DNA from: Anthoceros angustus
Taxonomy: Eukaryota; Plantae; Anthocerotophyta
Assembly (NCBI GenBank): GCA_010909165.1
Contig: VJWM01000135.1
Span: 620,001 to 684,000, forward strand
Reading direction: 5' to 3'
Length of the DNA: 64,000 nt
Part shown: piece by piece, positions 35,290-47,714 of the stretch
How the letters are laid out: each line of letters opens with the position of its first letter
How positions within the stretch are numbered: the first letter of the stretch is position 1
The notes under the pieces: model-generated
What the model was told of the DNA's origin: nothing
The model's database searches: none
What the model saw: the letters and a program-made list of their open reading frames with translations, nothing else
Translations under genes and position numbers: made by a program

Positions 35290-36080
35290 ACCTAGTGTGG
35301 CCATCCGTTTTAGTATAGTATGGTTCACCGCCAAAAATATGGCAAAGAATGTTTTGCTTCATCGGTTGCGCATGCCATTATCGAGGATTGAGCTCGGGTC
35401 ACCTAGTCTCACACTGCTATTTTTGCTTTGTACTTAAAGTGGTAATTTTCGTTCCGTGAAATCATTCCATATTGTCATTTTTTTTAGTGTGGTTTGCCAC
35501 CAAAAATATATCTATAGACGTTCTACTACATCAGTTGTGCACGCCATTGTCCGGGATCGAACCCAGGTCACCTGGTCTCACGCCGCAATTTTTTTTATCC
35601 TAGTGTGGTCCATGGTTGTTTGGCACGAATAATATAGCAATGAACATTTTGCTTCAACAGTTGTCACCCACGTAACAGGTACCTAATATGGCCGTTTTTT
35701 TGTTTTATAGTGTGGTTTGCCCCTAAAAGTATGTTGCCTATCGTTCACCACTAATATTATGGCAATGGTTGCTTTCTTAGTCCTCACACCATTACTGCGG
35801 ATCAAACCCGGATCACTCACCACCAATAATATGGCAATGGTTGCTTTATTAGTCCTCACACCATCACTGCGGATCAAACTCGGATCACTTGTGTAACAAT
35901 CGTGGCCGTTTCTCATTTTGTAGTCTGGTTTGCCACAAAAATTATTGCAATTAACATTGTACTCCACACAACTATGGCTGTTTTTTCATTTGGTAGTGTG
36001 GTTTGCTACAAAAATTATTGCAATTAACACTGTCCTTATGAGTCTCCACGATGCTGCAGGAATTGAATCCAAGTCACCTG
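35290..36080 (-). repeat. Degenerate array with five tRNA-Asp 3'-end-like segments
   Basis: Copies at ~35374-35403, 35542-35572, 35787-35816, 35859-35888 and 36047-36078, interspersed with tagtgtggtttgcc motifs. Confidence 0.65.
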
Positions 36081-37298
36081 TATGATTGGGGCAGACACTT
36101 ACGCTATACTATAACAACAACAACTTTATTTATATCCACTAAGGATCTCCATAACGACTTTTATATTTTAATTAATTTAGTACTTTTTATTAGTTATAAT
36201 TGTCATCTTTACAGATATAACTATGGTGAAAATAATTTTAGACTTGCTCTTTTTTATGGTAACCCTTGGCATCTCCTATGGTATCTAAAGTAAATAGGCT
36301 CACCCCATATTTGCAGCATAATCTCTGCGTATACAAAACATCACTTAACTAGAGAATAATTAAATATATATCGAAATAAATTTAAATTTATTAGATATTG
36401 GGTGTTCTTATGCTTCTTTATGGGATCTCCGACCTTCACTAAAATCCATGAGATCCACAAAGTGCAAAAGCAAAATCACATCCGAAGGGGGCGGTGGGGA
36501 CTGGAGGTAACTTGATTCTCATGCAAAACGAATCCGATCGGTCGCTCACTTTGTAGCCCGACACAAGAAGAAATGGGCGATACATACAGTAGGGAGCTGT
36601 GAATGCGAGCAAGGGGTGCCAAGTGGACGGCTGACAGGAGCGCAGGAATGGATGGCGCGCTGCATCCACGGCTGAAATGCGGCTCCCCGGCCCATCCAAG
36701 GGACTGGATATGCCTGGCGCCGTCGTTGGCATCATTCCAGCATTCCGGGTCCTGGGTTCAGGGTCCAGGGTCCAGGCCAGGGAGCCGTGCGAGAGGTCAA
36801 ACAATTGAGCGAATTATGTAATTGCCCAAGTCGGCAGTATTGCATGCCATACGCGATTGGGTAGCCGTGGATCTGCTGCCGGCATTTCTTCCAGATTCTT
36901 CACCCCCCGGTTTCATCCGCCTGTTGCTGTCCAGTGCGCTAAGGCGAGCTTTTTCTGACGCTATCTATCCATTTGTGGCCCTTGTTCTCCCTCTACCTAA
37001 GGCTGTGGATTGTGGCTAGCCTGCCTCCGAGGAGTCGGAGCCGTCTGCGGGCTTCCGCACCCTTCTCTCCTGGTAACCCACCAGCAGCTCAGCTGCCTGC
37101 CCGCGGAGGTCGGGGTCCAATCTCTTTCTTACCCCTCATCTGCAGCGCCCAGCTCCTCTTCTTCTCGGCGGAGGAGAAGGCAGCTGCTGCAGCTCCTCTT
37201 CTTCTCTCGCAGCTGGGACAGGACCCAGGTCCCGAAACAGAAGCCGAAGCAGAAGCGGAAGCGGAAGCGGAAGTCGAAGCGCCTCGCTCCCTGCAGCC

Positions 37299-40274
37299 AT
37301 GGCCGCCGTGCGGTGCAATGTTGCCCAGGTGGGCGCTGCGGCCGCGGCCGCTCCGGGGGCGATCCGGGCTGCGTCCGGCCAGGGGGTGGACCGGGTGGCC
37401 GCGCAGGCCTTCCCTGTGGGCACGTTCTCCGGGCTGAGGCTCGCGTCCAAGGGGCAGCGCGCGGTGTCCGCCTCCCCCGTGCAGAATGCGTCTGCCGGGA
37501 AGCTGCAGAAGGCGGCGCCTGTGCGGGCTACCGCGGCCGTGGAGACTCTGGAGAAGACGGACGTGGCGTTGGTGGAGAAATCCATCAACACCATCCGCTT
37601 CCTGGCCATCGATGCGGTGGAGAAGGCCAATTCTGGGCACCCCGGGCTGCCCATGGGCTGCGCTCCCATGGGCCACATTCTCTTCGACGAAATCATGCGG
37701 TACAACCCTAAGAATCCCTACTGGTTCAACAGGGATCGGTTTGTGCTGTCTGCCGGCCACGGATGCATGCTGCAGTACGCTCTGCTCCATCTTGCGGGAT
37801 ACGACAGTGTCCAGGTATGCCTGTATGTCTCGTCATGTTGTTGTTGTTCAAGTGCATTTCGGCTCCGTCTATTGTTGTTGGTTGGGGTTGCATGCTTGTC
37901 GCACTAAAACATCCTGCCTCGCTGTCCGGGTTTCAGGAGGAGGATCTGAAGCAATTCCGTCAGTGGAAGAGCAGGACTCCCGGCCACCCAGAAAATTTTG
38001 AGACACCCGGTGTCGAGGTCACTACTGGTAATGAACAGTCCTTCGAGATGATAGTTGTTGTGCCAGCACGCCATGCATGCTCCATCTTGTTGCATGTCGC
38101 CGACACTCTCGTCTGTCGTGGCAGGTCCTTTGGGGCAGGGAATTGCGAATGCTGTGGGTCTGGCTTTGGCCGAAGCGCACCTTGCTGCCCGTTACAACAA
38201 GCCTGATGCCAAGGTTGTCGACCACTACACGTAAGTGTCCAGTGTGCTGCATGTTGATTTTTTTTTTTCTAATCGAACTGTCCTCCAGTGGCCGTTTCTT
38301 ACCGATCTGTGTGTCTCAACCTTCGCAGATACTGTATCCTTGGAGATGGATGCAACATGGAAGGTATCTCGAATGAGGCTGCATCTCTTGCGGGTCACTG
38401 GGGGCTGAACAAGCTCATCGCTCTGTACGACGATAACCACATCTCCATTGACGGAGACACCAAGATTGCCTTCACCGAGAGTGTGGATGACCGCTTCAGG
38501 GCTCTAGGTTGGCATGTTATCTGGGTGCAGAACGGAAACACTGACTATGATGCTATCCGGGCTGCTATTGCTGAGGCGAAGACCATCAAGGATAAGCCTG
38601 TTTTCATCAAGGTAAATTTTTGTGATGACTTGCCAGCGTGTTCTGGTCATTTCCGTAGTCCCGTTGTATGTCGAGTCTAATGTTTTTCAGAGTCTGGTGG
38701 CAATGTTGGGGGCCCGACCTTCATCTTTGTTTTTGTTGTTCTTGCAGGTTACTACCATCATTGGATTTGGTTCTCCCAACAAGGCAAACTCTTACAGCGT
38801 CCATGGAGCAGCTCTCGGAGCTAAGGAGGTGGACGCAACACGCAAGAACCTTGGCTGGCCATACGAGCCTTTCTTTGTCCCTGAGGATGTGAAGAGGTAC
38901 GCTAGGGCCATCATCTGTTCCTTGCTTGTGTGTCAATTTGTCATATAGGTTGCAGCAGATTGTACTGGATGTTGTGTTGATAATTTATTGCTTGTGCTAG
39001 CCACTGGAGCCGCCACACCAAGGAAGGTGCTGCTTATCAGGCTGAGTGGGAGGCTGCTGTCGCTGCATACGAGAAGAAGTACCCTGCGGAGGGGGCTGAG
39101 TTCAAGCAGCTCATCAGCGGAGAGCTTCCAGAGGGCTGGGAGAAAGCTTTGCCTGTAAGATCTATCCAATGACGCATGCACTAGGTTTCAGATTCTGGGG
39201 AGTTCAAGCAATATTTTAGAAGTTTGTTTGCCATTCTTTGTTTCTGGGCTTCAGTCTACCTGGGGCTTCTTTCTGGAAGATCTAACCATGTTTATGTACC
39301 GTGGATTGCAGACTTACACCCCAGAGACACCTGGTGATGCCACCCGTAACTTGTCTCAGACGAATCTGAACGCACTTGCAAAGGTGCTGCCAGGGCTTAT
39401 TGGAGGAAGTGCTGACTTGGCTGGATCCAACATGACTTTGATGAAGATGTTCGGTGACTTCCAAAAAGACACACCCGAAGAGCGCAACCTGCGATTTGGT
39501 GTGAGGGAACACGCCATGGGAGCCATCTGCAACGGTATCCTACTCCACAACAGCGGGCTGATCCCATACTGCGCGACCTTCTTCATCTTCACTGACTACT
39601 TGCGGGCTGCTATGCGCATCTCTGCCCTGAGCGAGGCTGGTGTGATCTATGTCATGACCCACGACTCCATCGGTCTGGGAGAGGACGGTCCCACCCACCA
39701 GCCTATCGAGCATCTGGCCAGCTTCAGGGCCATGCCCAACATCCTCATGCTCAGGCCAGCTGACGGAAACGAGACTGCGGGATCCTACAAGGCTGCTGTA
39801 CTGAACCGGAAGACACCGTCTGTGATTGCCCTCTCCAGGCAAAAGCTGCCCAACCTTGCAGGATCTTCCATCGAGAACACGCTGAAGGGTGGCTACGTCC
39901 TCAGCGACAACTCCACTGGAAACAAACCCGATGTCATCCTCATCGGCACAGGTTCCGAGGTGGAAATCGCCGAGAAGGCTGCCAAGGTCCTGAGGGACGA
40001 GGGGAAGGCGGTGAGAGTGGTGTCCTTCCCCTCCTGGGAACTTTTTGAGCAGCAGAGCGCTGAGTACAAGGAGAGCGTCTTCCCGGCAGCTGTGACCGCC
40101 AGGGTGTCCATCGAGGCCGGTGCAACCTTGGGATGGGAGAGGTACGTGGGCTCCAAGGGTAAGATCATCGGTTTGGACCACTTCGGTGCCAGCGCACCCA
40201 TCGGCATCCTGTACAAGGAGTTCGGCCTCACCGCGGAGAATGTGGTGGCCAAGGCTAAAGAGACCCTGGCCTGA
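37299..40274 (+). CDS. TKL: Transketolase, chloroplastic, 7 exons
   Basis: Exons 37299-37814, 37937-38027, 38125-38230, 38329-38611, 38748-38896, 39001-39154, 39312-40274: [44 protein letters not shown]. Ala-rich transit peptide. Confidence 0.98.
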
Positions 40275-41290
40275 AAGTACCCATGCTTAGTGTGAGGTTT
40301 ATCTTACCCCTTTCCGAGGTTTTTTCTTCTTAGCAACTGGTAATGGGCATTGGGGATTGATTCCTCCTCCCACCATTCTGAACAGACGACAGGCAGCCGT
40401 GAGCATATCCGATGAGATGTGTCCATTCTGCAGCCTTTTCACAATCAATCCTTAGACGTGAGTGATACATTTTTTTATGTCGTCCCGAGCATAGACAAGA
40501 AGCAAGCAGTCTGCAGTTTTGGCAGGAATCGATGGAATCTTTCTTCCACTCAGCAACAAGATGTGAGTGACAGCCGAAGAGGTGGTCACATCAATAAATG
40601 AAGCTGTGCTGCCAGTGGCCAGCCTGAGGAATTCTGTGGGAAGTCTTGCAGTGCTCTGGCTTTCGTACACTGGCTTTATGAGCAGAGGATATTTGGTGAA
40701 TCACACAGGATATGTACGAGCTGCTGCTCGGGTATGACTGGAGGTTTGAAACATTGTTTGTGTGCATCTGGTTGGCCCAGGGCAGCATTGCCAGACTGGA
40801 TAGGTCTCAGCACCCAGGTCCACCAATTTCCTAATCGATCGTAATCGCCCAGCGAGCACAAAAGATGTCATCCTTCGATGGGTGGAAGTCGGAGGCCCCC
40901 AAAGACGCAGTCCAGTCAAACCCATCCTCCTTTCGGTCTGCTCGCAGCCGACCGCGGCCGAAGACAAAGCCCCCTTTCTTGCTTTCTTGCTCGGAGCCAG
41001 TCATGTGGTGCCTCCTTGCACACGATGCACACATAAGTACATACATTCATATTTCATATCAACACGCATGTAGTCTAGAAAGAAGGCTAAAGAGCCGAGC
41101 CGTTGCTCGTTCGGGAAAAGAAGAGGCTTTCCGCTTTCTGCAGGCAGGAAAGGATGACATGATGAAGGATGACCGCTTCCATCATTCGCAAAGCCCTCAT
41201 GACGCAAGAGCCTAACTGCACCGCAGCAGTCAGAAGGGCTCATCAATGGCCTCCACATCGAGCATGTGTGCAAGGATTCACATATGCATA

Positions 41291-41827
41291 CAGTCCACCC
41301 CCCCTAAATGGGACTGGTTCGGAGTGCCTTTAGAGGTCCCATTAAGGGAGGTGTCCCGATTATATTTTCCCTATTTAAAAATAATAAAAATATTATAAAC
41401 TCTAAAAATCAAAAATACCCAAAAAAGAAAATTTTAAATTTTGATTGATAGGTTTCACTAAAAATAACTTTTACCACTTCTTTATATAGTTGTTTGAAAG
41501 CTAGCGCTCTCTCAAAGCAACATCAAAAAACCTCTACCTATCATAAAGGAAAAAGCTTAGCTTAAGAGTTTTCAATCACACCTAAAAGTCTATTGTTCTC
41601 TGAAATAATGGATTCTTTTTTCTTTCTTTTTTAATTGTTTTTAGTAAAAAAATTAGAAATCCCATTTAGGGAGGTGAAACTAACATGAATGTATGTTTCA
41701 AAAGGTCCCAATTATCATTTAGGGAAAAGTCCCATTTATTACATTGTAAACTAAAGGGAGTTGGATGGGAGGTCCCATTTAGAGAGAAATTCCATTTATA
41801 GAGTTCCCAATTAGGGAGGGCCGACTG
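41291..41827. mobile_element. Non-autonomous Tc1/mariner-pogo-like MITE
   Basis: TA on both sides. Imperfect TIRs CAGTCCACCCCCCCTAAATGGGA and the reverse complement of TCCCAATTAGGGAGGGCCGACTG; AT-rich interior. Confidence 0.85.
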
Positions 41828-42965
41828 TACATGGGGCCGCGTGAAGGAACGGATTCCCACGCACATTATGACATGGGCCGTAGCGCCCTTGATGGGCGCC
41901 TTGATGAGGACAGAGAGGCGATGGCGGGCATGCGCACCAGCCCCTTCACGGGGGCAGCAGCAGACAGAAGGCACCGGGTTTCGGAACGGCAGCCACCCTC
42001 GGTCCCGAGTCTCACCAAATAATGGCTATGGCAGGGTTCGACCCTGCGACCTGCGTGTTCTCAGCCCGTCGCTCAGCCAACTGAGCAATGCCGACAGCCC
42101 GAGGAGTCGTGGCTCAGGCAGGGCCAGGACGCGCGAGCGGGCCAGCTCGGTCCACTGAAACCGCTCGCTCGCTTAACCGCACGGCAGCGAGCTGGATGTA
42201 CAGATCTGGTGCTGACAGGGGATTTCAGGCTTCCAGGCTTTCGGGCCGGACGGCGCGATGTCGCTCCCCGCACCCTTGTTGCGTGCCTTGCTCGGCCGCC
42301 CAGCTCGGCTCGCAGCTGGGCAGTGCGATGCGCGGCTCGTGCCTAACCGCCCCAACGGCATGAGGGAGGCGGGTAGGAGCGGGCATGACGGAGCGTGACG
42401 AGGCAGCCCCGGATTCGACTGGCATCGGAAAGAGAAAGTGGGTTGGCTCGCCCGCGAGTCGCCGGGGCCGGGCGCCCGAGGTGCATGCGCCTGCCATGGC
42501 GGATCAACGTGGCCCGCGTTGCGCACAACACGCATTTGCCGACTACACCCCGGCACTTCGCAAGCCTGTGCCACTGCCAGTCGTGAGAGATGAGCCAAGA
42601 GAAGCCCTTCCCCTCCCGGAAGCTAAATCAGAGAGAGATGCGGGTTCTAAATAAATCAGCGCTCCTATCGCGGGGCTAATTCTGGCCATCTCTGCCTACT
42701 GGCGGCCATCTCAAGGCTCTACCGCCTCGCCTGCCCACAACCCAAGTCGCAAAGGCATCAATTTCGCACGCATCGGAGCCTGCTCTTCCGCTTCCCACCC
42801 AAGGCCACGCCTTGCGGTCTAGGTGGGGCTCTTGCGTTGCTTCTTCCCACCTTTCTCCCGCTGTCCATGTCTTTCTTGCTTGCTCAAATCGGCGGTGGGG
42901 CGGTTCCGGGTCTGAATCAGCCAGCCTCGCCAGCCTGATCCTGCCGCTGCCGCCCGGAATTGGCC

Positions 42966-44390
42966 ATGAACAAGTATCTGGACAGGTTGTCGGAGATAGA
43001 GGTGACCTTCACCGGCCTGGCTGTGGGAGGAGGGGGAGTGGTGGAGAGGGGAGGGGAGATGGCGGTGGGGGCAGCGGGAATTGATGAGCAGCAGGAGAAG
43101 GAGGAGCAGCCGCACTTGCTGCTCTACATGCTAGAGGAATTGGAGCAGGGACATGTGGGGGAGGGCTCGGAGGGTGGAGGTTGTGGTATGGATGCGGCGG
43201 TCTGGAGTGGGCTGCCGGCGGACATGCTGGAGAGGGTGCTGCTCATGCTGCCGTCTGCGACCCAGCTGCGATTTCGCGTTGTGTGTAAGAAGTGGAGGTC
43301 GATGCTTTCCTCCCCGCGCTTTCTTGATCAGAGCGCGTGTTTGGCGTTCGCGGCCGGGCCGCCGATCTGCGCGTACGAGTACAAGCCCGGGAGGCTGAGG
43401 CCGGAGGTGGAGGCGCGGAATTTCTATCCGAGGAACTTCGGGCCGCTGCTCCGGTCTCGGCACAAGGTTTACAAGCTGGACCTGTCGTTTGTGCCCAGGA
43501 AGTTCTCCAAGTGGAAGCGGGGGATCGAGCGGTGTGTTTCGCATAGTGGGCTGCTGTGCATCTACAATGCGGACTGGAAGCTGAGCAGAATTTGCATATG
43601 CATCATCAATCCGGTGAGCAGGACGTGGAGGGAGTTGCCGCCTCTGGCCGTGCCCGGGATGGAGGACTGGGACATCATCCTGGTGGCGGAGCGCAGGTTC
43701 AAGTCCAGCTACAGCGTGGTGGTGATCTGGAATCGGGGATGCAGCGATGCGTTTCAGGCTCCGGGATACATCGGGGTGTACTCTTCGGAGAGCAGGAGCT
43801 GGAGCACGTCGGAGTGCGAGCCGTGTTTGAGGAACCTGTCTTGGAGGAACTGCGTTGTGTGTGATGAATTTCTCTACTTCCATGCCAAGGCGCAGGTGGT
43901 GCGGCACCGGATTAGTGATGGGAAGTGCGTCAGCAGGATGGACGAGCCTCACGACTGGAGTGATGGGTATAAGGATGTGTTTTTGGTGGAGCAGCAGGGG
44001 GTGGCTTTCTGGGTGGACTTCATCATCCCCGGCATCGCCGAGTCTGATCGTACTTGCGGGGTTTGGAGGCTGAACGAGAGTAGCTTGCAGTGGGAACAGG
44101 TCTCGGTGTCTCCTAAACCCCTCATAGACAAGCTCAAGACACCCTTCTTGAAGGGGGAGGGCGTTGATGCCTCGGCCTTCCGTCTGTGGTTGAAGAAGGT
44201 TGTTGCTGCTGGGGATTTCATTTTTTTCACCATCTGCCTGGAGAGCTGGATCGATGACTGCTGCTGGACCCATCTAGTAGGATACCACGTCGGGCAACAG
44301 GCCTGGCAAATTTTGGTGTATGATCATGTTGGCCATCCCATCAGCGATGAGTTTTACTTCGTGGAGCCCAACGGTGACCTTGTTGTATAG
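42966..44390 (+). CDS. F-box protein with kelch/FBA-like C-terminus
   Basis: WSGLPADMLERVLLMLP...RFRVVCKKWRSML, then GLLC...INPVSRTWRELPP and VYSSESRSW. Intronless. Confidence 0.9.
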   Translation: MNKYLDRLSEIEVTFTGLAVGGGGVVERGGEMAVGAAGIDEQQEKEEQPHLLLYMLEELEQGHVGEGSEGGGCGMDAAVWSGLPADMLERVLLMLPSATQLRFRVVCKKWRSMLSSPRFLDQSACLAFAAGPPICAYEYKPGRLRPEVEARNFYPRNFGPLLRSRHKVYKLDLSFVPRKFSKWKRGIERCVSHSGLLCIYNADWKLSRICICIINPVSRTWRELPPLAVPGMEDWDIILVAERRFKSSYSVVVIWNRGCSDAFQAPGYIGVYSSESRSWSTSECEPCLRNLSWRNCVVCDEFLYFHAKAQVVRHRISDGKCVSRMDEPHDWSDGYKDVFLVEQQGVAFWVDFIIPGIAESDRTCGVWRLNESSLQWEQVSVSPKPLIDKLKTPFLKGEGVDASAFRLWLKKVVAAGDFIFFTICLESWIDDCCWTHLVGYHVGQQAWQILVYDHVGHPISDEFYFVEPNGDLVV

Positions 44391-44787
44391 CACATTCATC
44401 GCAACATTTTTGTTTCTTGCGATAGGTAGGGGCAGCCAATGACAGGAGCATTACATTATTGACAAGGTAGTCTACCTTCAGCAAGCATTTTGGACAGCAG
44501 CTTGCTGAGCAAACTTCCGCTTGTGCTTTTGTGGGCAACGTTATTACAGAATGTGGAGGATGGCAACAGTTAGTAGGATGTAAATTCCCAGGATGGCCGG
44601 AACATATGTTGGACTAACATCCTCATTTCAACAAGGAGAGTTCCATCTTTGCACACGCAATGTTGTACAAGAGGAAGATGAAGCGCATCTCCTTCACATC
44701 CCGCATATGTACAAACTGTCTACCAGACAGCAAACAACAACTTCCAAAAAAAGTCTCCCTATCTGGAAGTCTGAAGACTTGAAATGG

Positions 44788-45555
44788 CTACGCAGGGCCA
44801 CCGTTTACTCGAATCACCTGCCCGTTCACCCACTCCCCTTCATCAGAAGCAAGGAAAAGCACGACAGCGGCAATGTCCTTCGGCTCCCCAAGTCGCCCCA
44901 ATGCAGTGGTCTCTCTGAAGCGCTCGAGGGTGGCCTCGTCCTTGCCCGCGAAGAACATCTCCGTGGCCACAGGCCCCGGGGAGACGCAATTGGCAGTGAT
45001 GTGCTTGCCTTTGAGCTCCTTGGAAGCGATGAAGGTGAGGGTTTCCACAGCAGACTTGCTGGCGGTGTAGGCAGCGTATCCAGGCAACAGAGTGGCCACC
45101 AAGGTGCTGCTGGTGTTGATGATGCGGCCTCCTCCGCCGGTGACAAGCCGATTCACAGCCTGCTTGGTGACCAGGAACGTCCCCCGCGTGTTCACATGGA
45201 AGATCCTGTCCCAGTCCTCCTCCGTGGTGTCTCCCAGCTTCGGGTAATTTGTCAACAGAAGCCCGGCATTGTTCACCACGATGTGCACCTTCCCGAAGAC
45301 CTTCTCCGCCTCGTCGAAGAGCGCCGTCACGTCCTCGCTCTTGCTCACATCCGCCTTCACCGCCAAAGCTTGGCCAGCCCCCGCGGCCTTCACCAACTCC
45401 ACCACCTCCGCCGCGGCCTTCTCGTTCCCCTGGTAGCACAGCACAACACTCGCCCCCGCTCCCGCCAGCTTCAGCACGATCTCCCGCCCGATGCCTCGCG
45501 AGCCCCCCGTCACGATTGCAACTCGCCCCTGCAGCTTGTACGCCCCAGATGCCAT
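44788..45555 (-). CDS. Short-chain dehydrogenase/reductase (NADPH-dependent aldehyde reductase-like)
   Basis: TGGSRGIG, VNNAG, YTASK, NCVSPGP, WVNGQVIRVNGG. Intronless. Confidence 0.95.
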   Translation of the reverse strand: MASGAYKLQGRVAIVTGGSRGIGREIVLKLAGAGASVVLCYQGNEKAAAEVVELVKAAGAGQALAVKADVSKSEDVTALFDEAEKVFGKVHIVVNNAGLLLTNYPKLGDTTEEDWDRIFHVNTRGTFLVTKQAVNRLVTGGGGRIINTSSTLVATLLPGYAAYTASKSAVETLTFIASKELKGKHITANCVSPGPVATEMFFAGKDEATLERFRETTALGRLGEPKDIAAVVLFLASDEGEWVNGQVIRVNGGPA

Positions 45556-46526
45556 AGCTGCTCCAGTCACCAAATTTGCATGCCCCGTTTGCCTTTAAAT
45601 CCTGCTTGCCACTCGGAAGAAGCTTCTTGCGCGCCTTCCCCGGCCGCATATCACATCTCCTGCAACGTCAGTCGAAATTCGCACCTTTCAGCAATTTTGT
45701 CCAGTAGCTCATCCTGCAGACAACTTGACAAGGGGCACGTTATGGCTAAGCGGGATCACAGAACGGCGTAACAGAACGACCAGGAGAGAACGGCGGATCC
45801 TATTCCTCACGGAAGGCAGGAGCATTGAGGTAGGTGAAAACCGGCCATCACTCCACGCAGCTCAAAATGTCCTACCTTCTCTGCTGCAATCAGAGAAATG
45901 TTCGATTTGCAAAGGAGGGATTCCTTTCCTTGATTTGACTGGTGCCGACTGCGGAGGAGGCTTCATAGCAAGCACCGTCAGCTTTCAAGCAGAGCATGTG
46001 TGACCTAGGAATCGAAGGAGCTGCAGAGTGCTTCGGTTGAGAACGGGAGGATCGTGGAATGTCTGAGGAGTGGAGAATGTTCGGAGAATGTTGGAAGGTG
46101 AAGATATCTGAACTTTGGCATATGCATTAGAATCTGTTTGATCCTCTTGAAGACATTCTTGCGTTGCATGCAGATCGTAGGTTACGCAGTTGCAACTTAC
46201 GCCATAGCCGCAGATTTTACCAGCAGTGAACTTGTGAAGACCCCGTCAGTGTATGGCTGTTGCCACGTCACAATGGTGTCTAAATGCAGATGGGGGACCT
46301 TTAGGACACAGCCAGTTGTACGTCCGCCCTGGCGCCTTCTTCTCCAGGCTCTGGCTGTGCCTCCGCCCTTGTTTTTTGTGATTGTGGAGTTGCTGCGGCT
46401 GCTGCCGAGCGGAAATCACACGGATCGGTCGGTTTGTGTGCCTCCTTGACTGCCGTCGTTTCCCTCCGGAGGTGATGGCGTTTGTTGCGGTTTTCTGAGC
46501 TCGTTTGTGTTGTGGAAGCTCTGCAG

Positions 46527-47652
46527 ATGTCGACTCTCACAGATGTCATCGCGCTCATTGTCTCCATAGCTCTTCATGTCGGTCTTGGATTTGCTGTGGC
46601 GTATTTCTTCGGAGGCGGAGACAGTGGTATGCGTGTCTCCCTTTTTGGCAACTTTGTCTGCCGGATAACATGTTCCTCATGGTACAATTTTTTGGATCAA
46701 GTCTTGTGACGCCTTTTTCGCACTTGTTTCACAGATTGGTACAGGCAGCTCAACAAGCCGTCGTGGACGCCTCCGGTATGGAGAGAACTGTTAGACTGTG
46801 ACATTCGACATGCAGTGTGTGTGGAGTTTTGAGTTCTTACGGCTGTCCCGCTCCGTGCTGTGTAGGACTATGCTTTTCCCGTGATTTGGACCATTCTGTA
46901 TATTTTGCTTGGCGTCTCCGCTTGGTTGGTGTGGAGAGATGGAGGTAACGAGGAGAAACTTGGTGGCTTTGGCACTTGTGGGAATGGGAAGCTGGCTGCC
47001 TGCTTGCTGACGTCCAAGTTGACATGTGCCCTGCTCTTGTGCCTCTTGTGGCAGGCTTTTCTCGGCATGGGCTAGCTCTCGGAATCTACATTCTGCAGGT
47101 GAAAGCTGAAACGCTCTACTCTGCTTTGATGACTGCGAGTTGATTTCAAACTCTACTCGTGGGGTTTCAGTAGCTGAGAAGAGCATGGACTGGTTGTGCA
47201 GCTGGTGCTGAATCTCCTCTGGACGCCCCTTTTCTTCTATCTGCATCGCCCGGTAAGTGCGGTAGTTGCACATTGTCACTCCTCTCATCATGTTTCAGAT
47301 AGCCGACATGGCTTAAGAGATGTGGGGTTCTACAGGCTGTCGCATTGGCGGAGATTGTCTTGCTGTGGATTTCCGTGATTGTCACGATCTTCTTATTCTA
47401 CCAAGCAGACAGGATTGCAGCCTACCTCCTTATTCCGTACATCTTATGGTAAGAGGATGTGGAATAGTTTTCTGCTTGACATGTGGCCCGTAGTGCTATC
47501 CCACAACTTCACTTGTGTCTATGCACTGCAGGGTCACTTTGGCTGCAGCTCTCAATGGCTACATCTGGCTGAACAACCCCCCGGATGGTCAGAACCGGCC
47601 AAGTGGTGGATATGACATCACACAGCCCTTGACACAGGGAAGCTCGGTGTAA
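46527..47652 (+). CDS. TSPO: TspO/MBR translocator protein, 7 coding exons
   Basis: Exons 46527-46626, 46735-46775, 46866-46944, 47055-47098, 47202-47252, 47336-47448, 47532-47652: WYRQLNKPSWTPP, FPVIWTILY, LNLLWTPLFF, LIPYILWV. Confidence 0.93.
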
Positions 47653-47714
47653 TACCGTCATGACGCCTCTACTCTATGTAGAACACCAGTAGAGTACTTG
47701 GGCCATATTTTAGT

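Noticed and set aside
35542-35590. Intact tRNA gene
   Set aside because: Only the T-arm and 3' acceptor strand are present.
36973-38001. Several long overlapping ORFs and an EAEAEA-coding repeat at the transketolase 5' end
   Set aside because: Explained by high GC and a GAAGCR microsatellite in the 5' UTR.
40590-41270. Short ORFs downstream of transketolase
   Set aside because: No recognisable homology or consistent exon chain.
43131-44273. 380-aa ORF antisense to the F-box gene
   Set aside because: Codon-bias shadow ORF.
44593-45771. 392-aa ORF antisense to the SDR
   Set aside because: Typical stop-free shadow of a GC3-rich gene; no recognisable motifs.
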